Positions 38,907-52,240 of a DNA stretch of 64,000 bases are shown in pieces. The stretch's first letter is position 1, and each line of letters begins with the position of its first letter. Origin of the DNA: Owenia fusiformis (lineage: Eukaryota); contig CAIIXF020000001.1 in NCBI GenBank assembly GCA_903813345.2, forward strand, positions 43,276,001-43,340,000. The letters run 5' to 3'. The notes beneath the pieces are model-generated. The model searched no databases. It saw only the letters and a list, made by a program, of their open reading frames with translations, and was not told the DNA's origin. Made by a program: the position numbers and the translations under genes.

Positions 38907-39587
38907 ATTTATGTCACCATCAAAAGTGGTGACATATTGTTATGATCTCCATTTTTTGTGATGGGTGGTGGTGGTTAGCATCCAGCGTCTGTAATAAATT
39001 CTTACAACTTCCAATAACTTACAATAAATGCTGTTTAGACTGACTTCAAAATTTTTCAAAATCGAAGGGTATTTTTTCAACTTGCTTCAAATTAACCAAT
39101 TTTTTCAAAATCATCTACAGGTTCTCAGAAGTTCAAATCTGACTTAAGATTTGAGATTTGACCTTTAATGACCTTCTCAAGGTCAAGAAAGGTCCTTTGC
39201 AATTTGCTTCAAATTGACCAATTTTTTCAGAATCATCTAAAAGTTCTCAGAAGTCCAAATCTGACTTTAGATTTGAGATTTGACCTTCAATGACCTTCCT
39301 CAAGGCCAAAATTGGTCTTTTTTCAACTTGCTTCAAATTGAAAAAAAAAATTTTCAAAGTTTTCTACAAGTTCTCAGAAGTCCAAATCTGACTTTAGATT
39401 TAAGATTTGACCTTCTCAAGGTAGAAAAGGTCAAAAGGGTATTTTTTCAGCTTGCTTCAAATTGACCTATTTATTTTTTCAAAATCATCTACAAGTTCTC
39501 AAGAAGAGTTCACATCTGACTTAAGATTGAACTCATAAAATTGTGAGCAACTAGGTGGTGACATTTTGTCTTGTAAATGCCTTGTTC
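38907..39587 (+). mobile_element. HINE-like element, family 2, with ~120-bp TGACCTT-rich tandem core
   Basis: Head ATGTCACCATCAAAAGTGGTGACAT and tail GGTGGTGACATTTTGTC. Confidence 0.75.
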
Positions 39588-40470
39588 CATGTATATTGTG
39601 GCCCTAAAGCCATATTATATATATATACTTATAATGTATGTTTCCAACTGTTTCTGTTTCTTGTATTTCAAATCACTGTTTGTTGTAAAAGTGGGGTTTG
39701 ATAAAAGAGAAACAAAGTAATTGGGTCAAGGTATCTCAGGAAGAATTACTATTAAGGGCACAAAGGTTAGACCCTCCCTAAGATCTCTTGTCTACCCCTG
39801 CTTGTGAGTGAGCTCAATTATTTTGTATTTTAGTTCTATGAATACACATGGTTGAGATATCATGTAGCTTTAAACTAGTTTTTTATACATAGTTATGGTT
39901 GATATAGTGATGATAAAGTGACAAATTATAATAATGTTATATCCATTTAAGAGTGTTGTGAGGATTTTTTATTTGTGTTATTCTTGTGCAGTCAGGCAGT
40001 GTTAATATTTTTCACTTACTCTTAATAATTATTTGTAAGTGTAGATCAGAATGAAAATAATTGTTTCATTCTCGCTATAGAACAATGTTGTGATTTAATT
40101 TTGTAAAATATACTGTTGTACTTCAACATTATTCAACATTCTGATTTTCTTCATTGATGTATAAACCAAGAAATCAAATTGTGATATAAAGAAATTTCTT
40201 GGAGCGTTCACAATGTATAATATGCAATATATGTTTGTTCAATATCTGCATGTACTGTATGTTAATTGTATGCAAGTAATCAAACAAATAAACATGTTGA
40301 TTGTGATAAAAAAAAATGTTGACGTACTGTGGATAAATTATCATTTGAGAACTTAAAAATGTACAATTAAGATGAGATCATTATTTTGACTTTCAAATTG
40401 ATTGAAACAACAGAAGAAAAAAGTAATATTGTAGTTCAGATATATCTAGATTAGATAAGTTTTTTTTCAT

Positions 40471-41230
40471 TTTTATGTCACCACCAAAAAGTGGTGACAT
40501 ATTGTTATGTTCTCCATTTTTGTGACAGGGATCGGTGGGTGGTGGTCGGCGGGTGGCGGTTGGCGTCTGTAACAAATTCTTACAACTTCCAATAACTTAA
40601 CAAATGTTTAGACTGACATCAATTTTTTTCAAAATCATCTACAAGTTTTCAGAAGTTCAAATCTGACTTTATATTCAAAATTTGACCTTCAATGATCTTT
40701 TCAAGGTAAAAAAAGGTATTTTTCAACTTGTTCTCTAGTATCATCTACAAGTTATCAGAAGTTCAAATCTGAGATTTGACCTTCGATGACTTTCTCAAGG
40801 TCAAAAAAGGTTGAAAGGGTCTTTTTTTCAACTTGCTTCAAATTGACCAATTCTTTTTCAAAATCATCTACAAGTTCTCAAAAGTTCTATTCTGACTATA
40901 GATTTGACCTTCAGTTGATATTCTCAAGGTCAAAAAAGATTTGACCTTCAATGAAAAGGTCAAAAAGGTCTTTTTTCAACTTTCTTCAAATTAACCAATT
41001 TTTTCAAAACCATCTACAAGTTCTCAGAAGTTAAATCTGACTTAAGATTTGAGATTTGGCCTTTAATGACCTTCTCAAGGTCAAAAAGGTCCTTTTGCAA
41101 TTTGCAACAAATTGACCAATTTTTTCAGAATCATCTAAAAGTTCTCATAAGTCCAAATCTGACTTTAGATTGAACTAATAATATTGTGAGCAACTAGGTG
41201 GTGACATTTTGTCATATTAATGTCTTGTTT
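40471..41230 (+). mobile_element. HINE-like element, family 2
   Basis: Same head, core and tail as 38907-39587. Confidence 0.75.
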
Positions 41231-41742
41231 GTTATACCTGGAATGGCATCCATTGTTATTCTGACAGTCTGAGGGCTGATGGAAAATTATATAGTTATAT
41301 AGATTGAAAGGAAGATGCCAGTGAAAATCAGTGATTTGTGTGTTTGAAAGTCTCATTTAATGTTTGTAGCGATCTGCTTGTACATTTGGCAAATGGTGTA
41401 ATGTGCTGGCACATCCAGTCATTTGATGAAGTGTTCTAATTCATGAATTCATTATTCATGAACATAATTTCTATCTATTACCACTATCTAGGTAAAAAAT
41501 ATATGGGGGTAGAGATATTTAATCAAGCCTCAACTCAACCAGTTGACACATATCTTCAATTATTATTGAATTCTGTCTCTGACAACTTGGAATTATGATA
41601 TTTAAATAATCAACATCACTGATTCAAAAAATAATATTCAACTGTTGTGTAATAAAGAATGCGTCGTATTTAATACAACGCCCTGATTTACTGGAATGTG
41701 AGATATTAATCAAGGACACATTTATGGTTTCATGACCATCAC

Positions 41743-43269
41743 ATGTACCAAATTATTGAGCAGCAGCAAATCTTCTGCAGCAATAGGATAACATTAATAA
41801 ATCACTATAAACAAGAAAGACATCGCACTAAAATGAATTGCTCATCAAAAATACAGAGATACGTTTCAGCATTTGTAGGAATTATTGGAATGTTAGGCTG
41901 TGGAGTTGTATATGGTTGGAACATATTTGCAGTTGCTCTAAAGAAGAAATTCAACTGTTCACAGTCGGATATTGAGAACATCGCAACAAGTGGTGCACTG
42001 GGAATGTCCATTGGGGGCCTTCCAGCAGGAATGGTGTTCGATAGATTTGGACCAAGAGTGACATCTCTATCAGCTCTTGTACTAACTGGGTCTGGATATA
42101 CTCTGATGTGGATGACAACACAACTCATATATTTCTTTGGCTCAAATATTTGGCTGGTGTGCATTATATACTTTGTCACAATGCTCGGAAACAGTTTTAC
42201 TTTTATTGCTAGCCTTGGAACCAACTCTTTAAATTTTAGAGGAAAGCATCATGGTAAAATTATTGGTCTCTTAAGCGCAATGTTTGGCTTTAGCCCTGCA
42301 ATTTTTAGCCTAATCTATGACAGATATTTTGAGCAAGGACATATTATGGATGAAGAAAATCAAAACTTTCCAGGGTTTATGGCTTTCCTTGCTGTGTGCT
42401 CCATTTTTGTAAATCTATTAGGAACATTAGGTTTAAAAATAGCGTCTAAAGAACCAATTCATGAAGAAATGTTATTGAGGGAAACGGAAGTTTCAAATGT
42501 GAATGCCAAAGATGATATTGTTACTACTGATATCTTAAAGAACAAGAAAACGGAGAAAAAGAAAGATCCAAGTGATAAGACTCCACTGATCTTAGATGAT
42601 ACTTCCGACAAATCAGAATTCAACTGCTATCAAGTTATTAAGACATTAAGATTTCATCTCTTGTTTTGGATAGTGGTTATTTTAGGCGGTATTGGTGGAT
42701 CGTTCGTAAATAATATCACAGCTATCGTGAAGTCTGCACACCTTGAGCAAAATACCTCATTATTTACCGCCATCATCCCAATTTGCAGCTCAATTGCCCG
42801 ATTTCTCAGTGGAATATTACCTGATTATATCACAGAAAACTGTAAGCGATTGCCAGTCTCTTCAATTCTACTCGTCTCATCGTTTTTTACATGTATTTGC
42901 CAGACCATCTTTGCATTTTTCAATCAAAACTTTTTAGGTTTGCTTTGTAATTCTATGCTTATGGGTGCCGTATATGGACCATTGTTTGTGTTAGTTCCAA
43001 TAGTTCTCATTGAGCTATTTGGTGGCAAATATTTTGGACAAAACTACGGTTTAACTATTATTGCAAATGGTATTGGGACAGTAGCTTTTCAAAAATTGTT
43101 TGGTGTAATTTATGAATCAAACAGTCCGCCGGGATCCACAGGATGTTATGGTCAGCTTTGTACAAGATGGTCATTTGCTATATCTGCCATCATGGCACTG
43201 TTTGCTACTTGTCTCAATGTGCTACTAATGTATGCTGAGATACAGCAGCAGAAGAAGCTAACCGTATAA
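41743..43269 (+). CDS. Intronless MFS transporter, MCH1/nodulin-like (OFA-related); true start may be the later Met at 41833
   Basis: 508-aa ORF with ~12 TM segments in a 6+6 arrangement. Motif A GMVFDRFGPR, NFRGKHHGKIIG, ELFGGKYFGQNYG and CYGQLC. Confidence 0.88.
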   Translation: MYQIIEQQQIFCSNRITLINHYKQERHRTKMNCSSKIQRYVSAFVGIIGMLGCGVVYGWNIFAVALKKKFNCSQSDIENIATSGALGMSIGGLPAGMVFDRFGPRVTSLSALVLTGSGYTLMWMTTQLIYFFGSNIWLVCIIYFVTMLGNSFTFIASLGTNSLNFRGKHHGKIIGLLSAMFGFSPAIFSLIYDRYFEQGHIMDEENQNFPGFMAFLAVCSIFVNLLGTLGLKIASKEPIHEEMLLRETEVSNVNAKDDIVTTDILKNKKTEKKKDPSDKTPLILDDTSDKSEFNCYQVIKTLRFHLLFWIVVILGGIGGSFVNNITAIVKSAHLEQNTSLFTAIIPICSSIARFLSGILPDYITENCKRLPVSSILLVSSFFTCICQTIFAFFNQNFLGLLCNSMLMGAVYGPLFVLVPIVLIELFGGKYFGQNYGLTIIANGIGTVAFQKLFGVIYESNSPPGSTGCYGQLCTRWSFAISAIMALFATCLNVLLMYAEIQQQKKLTV

Positions 43270-43844
43270 TGAGGCCTGGTTAGTGATGTAATATGTCATA
43301 TATCCAAAAATTGTCGCTCTTTTTAATGAGTTAAGAAATATAAAATTTGAAAATTAAAAATATTGTCATTTTTTGTTTTTGCTGAAGAGTGAAGAAAAAC
43401 GAATATTTTATATTCAAAATATATTATACAAAACACTATTTGAATTTGAAATGTTTTGAAAATGTAGCGTAAAATGATCGATACAAATCCAAGTGTAAAT
43501 AAAATGCAGCGTTGTAGTAATTATTTTAAATGATAACATATCAGCAATGCCCCTATGTGTATAGGTAATGTTCGGATGAATATACACTAACCCTCGTGAT
43601 ATCGTGTGGATTTTTAATATAAACTCCCTTATATGTCATGTGTATGTATGGCTAGCGAATCAACTCCATTTTGATACTCATAGCATCTCTCTCTCTCTCT
43701 GTTGCATCGCAGAAGGATACAGATGGAGAGGGCGTGGCTTACAACGATGAACCAACCCGATGAATACTCACGTTTGTTTATGCGTGTGTAGTTGTTAATT
43801 ACGCGTATCAAACGTAAATAACGTTTCAATCACAATCACATAAT

Positions 43845-44352
43845 AGAGAGGTTAAGCTAACGATGTTTTTCACAACGTAACCGTGAACGCAAAGTACAAA
43901 AATTAACAAAGGAATGTATCGAGCGCTCATAGTTTTATGCGCGCTTAGTCTACTTCAGATACTCTTTCAGCTTCAGAGTTTCGGGTTTAGAACGGGAGAT
44001 TTGAAATTTGACGTTGGGTCAACGGGAACCATTTTACTCGTGTCTATTGAACACTATGGTGTCAATTTTGATTTCGATGCACAGTTGAATTCTTGCTGAA
44101 CACGATGATGTATGTCATGCATGATTTAGCGCCAAAAATCTTACGAAACGAGCTCGTTTAAAATATGTATTAGAAAACCAGCTATAAAACCGCATCAATG
44201 ACATACTATAGAATCATTACACGCTATGGTGTAGTCTAAACAAACACTGGATTTGAACGGCTATTTATATGAGAAGGCTACATGAATTTGTATATGGTCG
44301 AGTGATACGTACAGGTTCAGTTTCGATTATATATGCCAAGCTTAACCTCTCC
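43845..44352. mobile_element. Candidate MITE with short TIRs and 3-bp AAT TSD
   Basis: AAT|AGAGAGGTTAAGCT ... AGCTTAACCTCTCC|AAT. Confidence 0.5.
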
Positions 44353-44487
44353 AATATTGAATTTCAACGCCGCTAATTTAATTTATCTTATACAGGGTAT
44401 CCAAAAAACAGGGCCGTAAAAAGAATTATTTAGTTCATTCAATGTGAATTTTGTTGTGAAAGTTTGATAATAATCTGCCAGTTGATA

Positions 44488-45786
44488 CTCCAGTAAAAAC
44501 ATCAAAAATAAATGAAAAAATTGCAATACTTATTAAACCTAGTGCAACAAATGCATATTGGTGAGTTTAAAGACATATCAAAAATCTAGAAAAATCTAAG
44601 TAGTGGAAAACATGTAAAATTCACTATTTGTACCCCCTGGTCTTTTATGAGGGGTACTATGATAAGCATTTATATTTTCTGTTGGGTGCCCCTAATCACA
44701 ATTCAAATTTTCAGGGATTATGCATCCATATATAGTTAGTTCTCATGCAAAGTTTGATCTTGATTGGTCAATTGGTTACCATGACAATACAATTTAATTG
44801 CAAAATATTGTAAATATTAAGGATAAATCTACTGTTCCCCTACAAACAGATGATAGGTTGTCATTCTTAATTTTACAAAATGGACACAAAGTTGAGCTTG
44901 GTACATATTGAAGGAGTTTACAACAACATGATAAATTGATAAATAGGATGACATATTTGGCGCATGTTTGATAACTACTGCTCAATTTACCACAAAGTGG
45001 GCGTGGCACTTTTTGTTCCAAATAATTTCATGTTGACAGAATCATATTAACAAGGGTAATTAATACAAAAGTTATTTTCTGGTATGATGAGTCTAATCAT
45101 CTTTTGTCAATTGGTTGCCATAGTAACAAAACATAATATATGTAAATCGTTGGTAGAGGTCATTTCAGGTATTCCTTGTTCCTTAACAAATTGTTTATTT
45201 ATAAATATAACTTTGACTGATTTTGTAAAAATAACCGTTTTAGCAAATTATCACTGAAAAGTGCCACGCCCACATTTGAGTAGATAGAGAGGTAGTCACA
45301 TAATAGAATAGAGTCCAGAGTCAAAGATATAATACTATTAAACACTCCCCAAATATGTTTTTAGGGTACATTAATGTTCATTTTCAAATGATTTGAAGAG
45401 AAATGGGAACATCTGTTATATAAGAAGCTTCAGATTTACCTGAAATATTAAAGATTTTGAGCAATTAAATGGTGTTGCTATGGTAACCAATTGACCAATT
45501 AATGTCAAAATTCTTGTGAAAAATCACTATACATAGATGCATGATCCCTGAACATTTTATAGTGATTGGAGTTATAAAACAGAAATTATTAATGATTATA
45601 ATAGTACCCCCTCATAAAATTACCCCAAGGGGTATAAATGGTGATTTTAAGGTTGTCCACCACTTAGATTTTTTTTTAGATTTTTGATATGTTGTTTAAC
45701 ATACCAATGGCTATTGATTACACTAGGTTTACTCTGTATTGCAATTTTTTCATTTATTCTGAATATTTACAACGGTTTTACTGGAG
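44488..45786. mobile_element. Nested long-TIR element with TA TSD
   Basis: TA|CTCCAGTAAAA ... TTTTACTGGAG|TA. The inverted arms extend several hundred bp (e.g. GTGGGCGTGGCACTTTT vs AAAAGTGCCACGCCCAC). Confidence 0.8.
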
Positions 45787-46218
45787 TATGAGTCAAAATC
45801 TACAGTTCCTTACAAAACGTGCCCCAAATGTGCACTTCTCTCTGTGCACAATTCAATCCGGTGAACAAAGTTGTTGATGATCTTCCTCCACACATATATT
45901 TATTCCAAGAACTAGACTGAACTGTTCACGCTCGCAAGTGGCATCTCCAACTCCATATATGGGCAAAAAGGTGGAGTTAACAATAAGCAATGCAGGGATT
46001 GACACGATTGACACGAAGAAGTCTCGATGAATCTCGCTTAAACTCCGCCCCTTCTTCGTGAAAAATCACGTGAATTCCGGCTTTTGCTGGGACATATCCG
46101 GGCATCTCGGCTTCGAACCCAATCAGAAGTTTCAATTTTGACTGGCGCCGCATACATTATCTCAAGTCTCACCCAATATTTTTATGTATACGTTAACAAT
46201 TGAAACTGGGACTAACAT

Positions 46219-47977
46219 CAGGCCCGTAAGACACTTTTCTCCAAGGGGGGTGCGGTTTTCAGCTTACTAAAGAGAATATAAAATTGTCATTTTTTTGCCG
46301 CGTAAATCAAATCGCGTAAGACAGAGGGGGGGGGGGGGGTCAGTTACTCCCTATATTTGTTTGGAATTAACAAATGCATGCAACTTCCTAACGTTCCAGA
46401 TGTTTTGTGGGGGTGTGAGGAGTGGTCCACTCCCCCTAGAAAATTTTACAGTTTTGAGATGCTATTTGGTGCTTTCTGGGCACTTTCAAAGTGTAAGTTT
46501 CTAAGTAGTACGCCACCACCACGGGAATAAGAGTTGAGTGAATAAAAAAACGAGCATTCAGGGGGGTCGGGGGGTTCTCCCCCAGGAAAATTTTGAAATT
46601 TGGTTGTATTTGGAGCGAATTTGCAACCATCTGGTACGCCTGTGCGTTATGAGTCAATAAGAAAAATGTGATTTTTTTCAAATTCTTGGGGGTGTCAAAG
46701 AGGATGAGAGGGTGAAGTGGGGTGTGGTGCCAGTAGGGGAGCAAGGGGTTGTCCCCCAGAAAGATTGACCATATCAAGGTGCTATTTGATGATGTCTGGG
46801 CACTTAAAAAATGTCTGAGACAATACATGAAATTCAGAATATTTTCTTTTGTTTTGTGGGGGATGTGAGGGGTGGCTAACTCTCCTAGAAAAATTTACAA
46901 TTTAAAGATGATATTTGGTGCTTCTGGGCACTTTCAAAGTGTATTAGTCAATAAAAACATTGAAAAACAATCACAATTTTTTTCAAATTTTGGGGGTGTC
47001 AAAAGGGGGGAGGGGTGCCAGAGGGGAAGGTTGGGCTGGGGTGCCAGAGGGGGAGCAAGTGTTTGTCCCCCATGTCAAAATTTACAATATCAAGGTGCTA
47101 TTCGATGAAGTTTGGGCACTTTAAAAGTGTCTGTGTCTAAAAGTGCCTATTTCCCAAGAAAATTTTACAATTTTAAGATGCTATTTGTTGCTTTCTGGGC
47201 ACTTTCAAAGGGTATGAGTCAATAAAAAAAAAAAAAATCTCAATTTTTTTTTGGGGGGGGGGGGTGTTAAGGGAAGGTGGAGGTGGAGTGCCAAAAGGGG
47301 AGGTGGAGTGAGGATGCCAGAGGGCGAGTAGGTGTTCGTCTTCCAGAATCATAACTTTATCAAGGAGCTATTTGATGATGTCTGGGCAATTTAAAAGTGT
47401 CTGAGACAATACATAAAACAAATTCAGAACTTTTCCATTGATTTGTTTGGGGTGTGAAGGGTGGCCCACTCCTCCTAGAAAATTTTACAATTTTACGACG
47501 CTATTTGGTGCTTTCTGGGCACTTCCAAAGTGTATGAGTCGATTAAAGAATTTGAGAAAATCACCTTTTTTTTGGGGGGGGGGTCAAGGGGGGGGGGCGT
47601 CAGAGGGGGGGGGGGGGGGGGGTATGCAAGTGCAAGATGTGGAGTAAGTCCTCCAGAAACACTAACTATATCAAGGAGCTATTTGATGATATCTGGGCAT
47701 TTTAAAAGTGTCTGGGACAAAACTCTAAAATAAATTAAGAACTTTTCCATTGTTTTGTGGTGGATGTGAGGGGTGGCCAATACCCCTAGAAAATTTTAAG
47801 ATGCTATTTGGTGCTTTCTGGGTACTTTTAAAGTGTATGAATCAATGAAAAAAAATTACAAAAAAAATATTTTTCAAAAAAAAAAATTTTTTTCAAATTT
47901 TTTTTTCAAATCTATTTTGGGGGGTGACAAAGGGGGGTGCGGTCGCACCCATCGCACCCCCCCATCTGACGGCCCTG
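46219..47977. mobile_element. Nested CAGG-ended MITE with 5-bp TSD (hAT5-like) and G-rich internal tandem repeats
   Basis: AACAT|CAGGCCCGTAAGA ... TCTGACGGCCCTG|AACAT. Confidence 0.75.
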
Positions 47978-47999
47978 AACATCCTTCTGATGAAATGTT

Positions 48000-48500
48000 A
48001 CCGGCGCACTCATTGCATTCTGAACAATGCATTGCCTGGGTGGCAATGAGGAAACATGGAATCATCAGTCCTTTCTGGCTCGAAGGTGACTGGGGACGTG
48101 CTTTCACCATGAACAATGACCAGTAAGTTCTCGCTAAGCTTTGGAGGTCACTAAGCACCAGAAGGGACATCTAAGGAGATAAGCAATGGTTTCATCAAGC
48201 CAATACCACCCTAACACTGCAAATGATATGCTGAAATTGGAATGCTTTGGTGGTCAGCTCATCAGTCGCAAAACGCAAACCATATGGGCAGCTCGTTCGC
48301 CAGATCTAAATCCCCCAGATTTTTATCTTTGGGGATTTCTCAAAGCGAAGGGGAACACTGACAGGCCCCTGACAATCTCATAAGAGAGCAATAGCTACCC
48401 CAATATATACCATCCACATTGATGTGTATAGGTTAGGGTCACTAACGACTTATTTCACAGTATTCGTTTGTGTATAGAGAGGAGCAATGCCCACTTTGAG
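48000..48500 (+). pseudogene. Tc1/mariner transposase relic (catalytic domain) with stops and frameshifts
   Basis: LHSEQCIAWVAM..HGIISPFW and WAARSPDLNPPDFYLWGFLK lie in different frames. Confidence 0.85.
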
Positions 48501-48990
48501 CTTGTTTTGTAAAGTATTGTAGTTTTTGACACAATTAACAGATTATCATCAAACTTCCAGAACAAAATTCACATTGAATGAACTAAATAATTCTAAAATT
48601 TCAAGGCAAAATATGCAAAATTTACCGAATTATTCGACTTTCTTATGGTCCTGTTTTTTGGACACCCTGTATCAGAGATATCGCTCATTTCTTGGACTTA
48701 GGTGTTAAAAGCTGCATATCATGTATACGCTTAAAGGCAGAATCAGATCTATAGGGGTGACAAAATTACAAGCAACTTTTATAATTGACTTACCAATCTA
48801 TTCCTTACAATATCAAATACAATATCTCCCAAAAGATTCACAATGAATTGGTGAAGTTATTAATGATTCAAAGTGCAAAAATAGAAAATAGACAGGACAA
48901 GGAATGACATGAGCCAAAAATGTTCTAAAATTGAGACAATTTTTTGTTTAGCCTGCTTGCTATATCTGATTCTCTCTTAACTATCATTTG

Positions 48991-49490
48991 GACTTTGTAT
49001 AAAAACCTCCTACCTCATACCCACCTACCCACGTACGTGGGACATGATGCAGTCTTTGAAGGGTTCAACTTTTTAAAGATCTTAGTTTATTAATTTATAA
49101 ATCTTAGTTTATGATGAATTATAGATGCATTTGTAACGACCCTTTATACATGTTTATAGCAAGTTGCTACTACATCCCAGCTGGATTCGATTCCCACTCG
49201 GGGCATGGAATTTAGCACACTTTCTTTCATTTCTTTATCTGGCTTGTTGGACCTATGTTCGCGGTCGTTAGTTATTTATTCCCCCGGGGCGCCCTCGGGT
49301 CATTACATTCTAAAATGCATCCATATGCCTTTATTTATGGATCTGTCATCTGTCTAGTCATAAAATAAATAATAAATAATTTGAGCTATTTTGAGATTTA
49401 ATAATCTTTAATATTGAACCCTTCAATGACTGTATCATGTTCCACGTAGGTGGGTAGGCGGGTATGAGATATGAGATTTTTATACAAAGC
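48991..49490. mobile_element. Inverted-repeat element with an internal B-box-like motif
   Basis: CTTTGTATAAAAA...GAAGGGTTCAA is mirrored by TTGAACCCTTC...TTTTTATACAAAG. GGATTCGATTCCC lies near 49183. Confidence 0.65.
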
Positions 49491-49799
49491 CAATACAAAT
49501 TCCTCATTAGAGTCATCAGAGTATCAGAATGATTAATGATTAAATGATTAAGCATATATAATATATCATTTGTGTTCTGGCCGGGAGACCCCTTTATGAT
49601 ATTGATATACATATGATATATTCAATGAATATTATTTAAATTAGAACAAGAAAGGGGATGGGGCTTCATTTACCAGTCAAAACGGACTGCCCTGGGTCTC
49701 TTTCTTGAGAATATTCAATCAGTAATACACCCAACAATAGCTATCAAAATATGCTTGAAACTCAACAATTTAAGTGAAAAAAGGTTGAATATGTTACTA

Positions 49800-50647
49800 C
49801 TTAGGTGGGTCAAAAAGTTTTGCAGTTGATGCCATAACTTCAAGGAAAATAGGACTTTTACAATGAAACTGGCTATTTTTCTTCAAATTCTTCAATTTTT
49901 CTAATTGTGTCTATGACATCACAATAGACAAGTGACACGATAATTTCTTTTGTGATGTATACTGTCCAAAACCCAGTTGAAAAATTGAGATGGAAAAGTG
50001 AGGAAATTTTGAATTTTTTTTCCAAAATTTTCAAAATGGCAGATGTTTCCACACCAACCAAATTGATGAAATGGAAGCATAGAAATCTGATACAGTGCAT
50101 GGTTCAAAATGGCAAGACTTTGCAAGAGACTTATGAACTGGTTCAGGGAGGATTTGGAAATGATGCCAAAACGTATCCAGAAATTGCCTAGATGCTGCAA
50201 GACACGCTTCCCTTTGCTCCACTGTGAGGAACTTTGGAACCCACTTTGCTGCAACATACCGCTTTTTCAAGATTTTTGTGACAATTGTATGGCAGGACCC
50301 CTTAGATATATCCAGTAAATCACTTATTTCCTCTAATGAAATATGTCTGTCCTTTGAATTTGAAGAAAAATAGCCACCCAAAGACACTTACACCTGCTAA
50401 TTGCCACTTTAAAAAGAGTTTATTCAAGCAAGAAAACTATTTGGAAAACGTAATTTCGGGTTGAACATGGTACCCACCACTCTGTTTACCATAGCAACCA
50501 TATCTCAAGAACCAATCGAAATTGAGGTCCCAAATTTTAACATATAATGTATAAATGTATAACACATATGTGTACCAAGTTTCATTGTAAAAGTCTATTT
50601 TCCTTGAAGTTATGGCATCAACTGCAAAACTTTTTGACCCACCTAAG
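49800..50647. mobile_element. Deleted, internally rearranged mariner element with ~70-bp TIRs and TA TSD
   Basis: TA|CTTAGGTGGGTCAAAAAG ... CTTTTTGACCCACCTAAG|TA. AKWVPKFLT (mariner WVPHEL linker) is on the minus strand. Confidence 0.88.
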
Positions 50648-50725
50648 TAGATTTGATCTTCCAAGGCAAACATACAAGATTAAGTTTGGTCAAGCTGAAT
50701 TTTTCAATTAAGATTGCTTGGACAA

Positions 50726-50767
50726 AAAACAAACAAACAAACGAACAAACAAACAAACAAACAAACA
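50726..50767. repeat. (AAAC)n microsatellite
   Basis: Directly visible. Confidence 0.85.
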
Positions 50768-52036
50768 GCAAACTGAATGAACAATTCAAAACTGAGTCCC
50801 AGGCTTGAACTTGTAATTCAAGAGAAGAGGGGTAATATCAAACATTGTCTAGTTTAATGCATTGACTTTGTTGTTTGCACCTATGAACCTCACATCAGAT
50901 ATATAAGTGACTGAACAATATTCAGTAAAATGTTCGTGCATTTTAGAGGAAGAATAGCGATTTTCAAATGTTCCAATTTTTGGACCACCCTGTAATATAC
51001 GCTCTATTTTCAAGAATATCAAACTTTAGTGGATCGTGTTAATGTCATTAATTATATATGTTAAGGAAATAAATGGATAAAGGGAGGCATTTAGGTGAGA
51101 ATGTCTCTGGTAGATACAAGTGTAAGCTAAAAAGGTACACACATTACGTGCAGTGGAGAGTTCTGTCCAATAAAAAAGCCAGATGCAGTCATCTTTTGCT
51201 GAGGAAAGCAAAGGCATAAGGAGGATTACTTATATCAAATAAGTATAGATTTATAATTTCGAATGAGTATTTAAAAGTGTGTCAGAATTTGACATATCTT
51301 TGAATGAACTCTAAAGATTGAATTGAATGATGAATTTTCAATGATAGCTCGTTAAAAATATGTTCCTTAGAGATAATGTTATAATTTGCCCTTAACAAAA
51401 GTTGGCTCAATGTATGCTAACCCTTGATTTGTATTTCATTGAACAATTAAACAAGTGTTATATTAAAATGTATGATTTTGCTTCCAGATTTCAATATCTT
51501 TTCAGTAAAAGATTCACCAAAAACTATTTCAATATAGAAAATCAAATTGTTGCCAAACTTTTCGAGGGGTGTAAATTGTATGTATGACAAATACAAAAAA
51601 TGCTTTTATGTGAGGTACACCGATGAAGGGGGAGATTTGTGGATACATAAAAATCGAACCCCTGGTCACCAATTGCTGGCTACGCCCCCGGGGCTACGCC
51701 ACTGCATTGACAGGTTATGAACTGGGATCAACTCGGGGATCAACTGATGAATTGATAAATTTCATATAAGCATTCAAAGATGTCGCCTCTATCTATAGAG
51801 GCCGAAGGAGATTGCATGTCGTTTCTGAGAATGCATGCAACTGCTATAACTTTACTTTTGTTTTATCTAGACTAAGGATTGTTTAAAAAATAAATCTACA
51901 AACATCATTTTTGCTGTAGTCCTTCACCTGTAGTCTTAATCTAAAACCAACGAGAGCATTTGAGTTAAGATTTCACTTCTACAGAAGTTTGCCATTTATT
52001 GATTTATAAAAATGGGCTCGGCTCAAATACTCATTT

Positions 52037-52064
52037 TGATTGGTCAATAGTTTTCCCACGTGAC
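52037..52064 (+). promoter_or_regulatory. Candidate GLDC promoter: inverted CCAAT box plus CACGTG E-box
   Basis: TGATTGGTC followed by CCACGTGAC, ~180-200 bp upstream of the ATG. Confidence 0.45.
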
Positions 52065-52240
52065 AATGTATTGTATCTTCATCAGCTGTGTACTTCAGGG
52101 GCATTTGTACTGTGGAGCCAGAGCCAGCAAGTTGTTCTTACAGTTTACCTCACTAAAATGACTCTAGAGATCGTATAAATCATACGAGTCTGTGTAATAA
52201 GTGCGTGGTCATCAAATAATAGCAAAAGAAAAACAGAAAA

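Larger units (their letters stand above)
44393..48669 (+). mobile_element. Decayed Tc1/mariner element with two nested insertions
   Basis: TA|CAGGGTATCCAAAAAACAGG ... CCTGTTTTTTGGACACCCTG|TA, with a transposase relic near the right end. Confidence 0.85.

Noticed and set aside
52037..52064. ER stress element (ERSE or ERSE-II)
   Set aside because: Spacing and sequence match neither CCAAT-N9-CCACG nor ATTGG-N-CCACG.
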